DNA of 64,000 nucleotides from Squalus acanthias (taxonomy: Eukaryota): assembly GCA_030390025.1 (NCBI GenBank), contig CM059431.1:155126001-155190000 (forward strand), written 5' to 3'. Within the stretch, counting starts at the first letter, position 1. The number at the start of each line of letters is the position of its first letter. The notes beneath the pieces were generated by a model that saw nothing but the letters and a program-made list of their open reading frames with translations, was not told where the DNA came from and made no database searches. Of the stretch, positions 62,570 to 64,000 are shown one piece after another. The translations under genes were made by a program, and so were the position numbers.

Positions 62570-64000
62570 CTAAATCCAGTATGGCCTCTGTCTTGGCAGC
62601 TTCTGAGCAGCCTGTTCTGCTGGGCGTAAGGTGGCCGTTACCGCAGGACCTTGAGAGTCCTTCTTAAAACAACTGAGGGTTTCCCTGAATCGCTGATAAT
62701 CCGGGGAGTGTCCCCTCCTGTGCTACATCACACCGCCCCATTTGTTGTGGCTGCTGAGGCACTATCCTGTTCTGTGGGTTCCTCGCAGCCTGTGGCCGCT
62801 GCCTGGGGATCCCTTTTCTTGGAATTAACCCTGACTTTGGCTATTCTCTTTCGGGTCGCAGCCCTTGCTGGGCTGAACCATTGAAGCTCTGGCGTCCACG
62901 ATAGTTTTGGCTGTGGTGTGCGAGGAGACCTTCTTAGGACTCTCGCTACCGAGGGTGCGTCCGAGTCCCACATAATTGGTGGGGTGGCCCCTCCGGTGCG
63001 GTCTGTGAGTCTGCCACAGCTACATGCTGAGGATCTCTACCTTTAGGGCGTATCGCCTTTGCTGGCTGTTCCCCTTTGGGTTTAAACAGCTTACACTGGT
63101 TCATGTGGAATCACTTTGTCCGACGGGGCATCGTTATGGCGTAGACCGTCGGGCCTGACTTGTCGACAACGCTGTACAGCCCCATGTAGAGTGGTTCGAA
63201 ACTCTCTACCCGGGCAAAATTCCTAACCATGACCTGATCCCCTATCTCCCACTCGTGGTGCTTGCGGAGTTATAGCAGCAGTCGGTTACTCCGATGCTGT
63301 TTTCCCATGTTGCTAGCAGCCTGCCAGTGAACCTGTTTAAGGTTTTCAAACAGATTCCTGACGAAGCTGTAGAAACATAGAAACATAGAAAATAGGTACA
63401 GGAGTAGACCATTCTGGGTGGGCGTGTTATGGGTGAGCAGGGTGATGGGAGATGTGCCTGTGAAGCTCAGTGATCTTTTCACAGCCCAGTGAGAGGCGAA
63501 GAGGTGCCTCTCACAGTTGGAATAGCACTTCTCCACATCGGTGAGTATCCTGGAGGAGTAAACCACCGGTCCCAGCCGGCCGTGCCTCACTTGGAGCAGC
63601 ACGGCACTCAGACTGTCCCCGCTGGCTGCCACCTCCAGGAAAAACTTACTCTCCCCATCAATAGCCACTGGAGCCGGTGCGGTCTGCAGATCTTTCTTTA
63701 ACTTGAGAAAGGCTGCCTCGCAACCCTCGTCCAAGGCCCACTCCACGCCCTGTGCAGGAGTCGGAGCAGAGGGGCTGCGGTGTCTGGATAATCCTCAATA
63801 AAATCTCTGCAGTACCCGGTTAGCCCAAGAAAGGATCTCACTCCTGTGACTGTGTTGGGGGCTGGTAACGTCTGCACTGCTTCCCTACTAGCTTTGTCGA
63901 TGGCCCTTTCCCCAGCGCGCACAGTTAGCCCTAGGCATTTTACTTCCTGTTGACCGTTCTGTAACTTTTTGGGGTTTACCTTGAAGCCTTCTTGCCGGAG
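62570..64000 (-). pseudogene. pol: Provirus 2 pol 3' part, RNase H and IN core deleted
   Basis: VRSFLGLTGYCRDFI, LEVAASGDSLSAVLLQ, then a jump to FVRNLFENLKQVH and the IN tail VLRRSPRTPQP. Confidence 0.85.
63369..63414 (-). mobile_element. Tiny CR1 3' tail at the pol deletion junction
   Basis: tagaaacatagaaacatagaaaataggtacaggagtagaccattc, matching the tail at 15714-15750. Confidence 0.85.

Larger units (their letters stand above)
53902..64000 (-). mobile_element. Provirus 2, a divergent relative of provirus 1 (3' LTR, orfX, env, IN tail, tether, RT end); continues beyond the window
   Basis: env and pol peptides align with provirus 1; LTR TGTAG(53902)...TTACA(59751) next to a PPT-like AGCGGGGAC; LTR split by a CR1. 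Confidence 0.88.

Overview
Eukaryotic, transposon-saturated genomic DNA, almost certainly from a cartilaginous fish (shark/ray-type CR1/HER1 LINEs and an HE1/V-SINE-like SINE). No host protein-coding gene could be supported. Most of the window is nested CR1 LINE copies (ORF1: Zn-finger/Leu-zipper/SGNH esterase; ORF2: APE endonuclease + RT), with Penelope-type hairpin insertions, a 34-bp satellite block and MITE/Harbinger-like relics. The highlight is a complete but mutated 12.36-kb endogenous retrovirus-like provirus on the minus strand (20761-33117). It has 1623-bp LTRs, a GAAT target duplication, a tRNA-Arg(UCG) PBS, gag with a coiled coil and CCHC knuckle, pol (PR, YVDD RT, tether plus second RNase H, IN), and an env that combines an N-terminal Ig-like domain with a long F-type class I fusion subunit. 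A further ORF runs across the PPT into U3. A second, divergent relative (53902 to beyond the window end) independently supports the Ig-Env, the U3 accessory ORF, a post-pol hairpin and the splice architecture. The layout best fits a lokiretrovirus-like lineage (inference; needs phylogeny). Boundaries of old LINE fragments are approximate.
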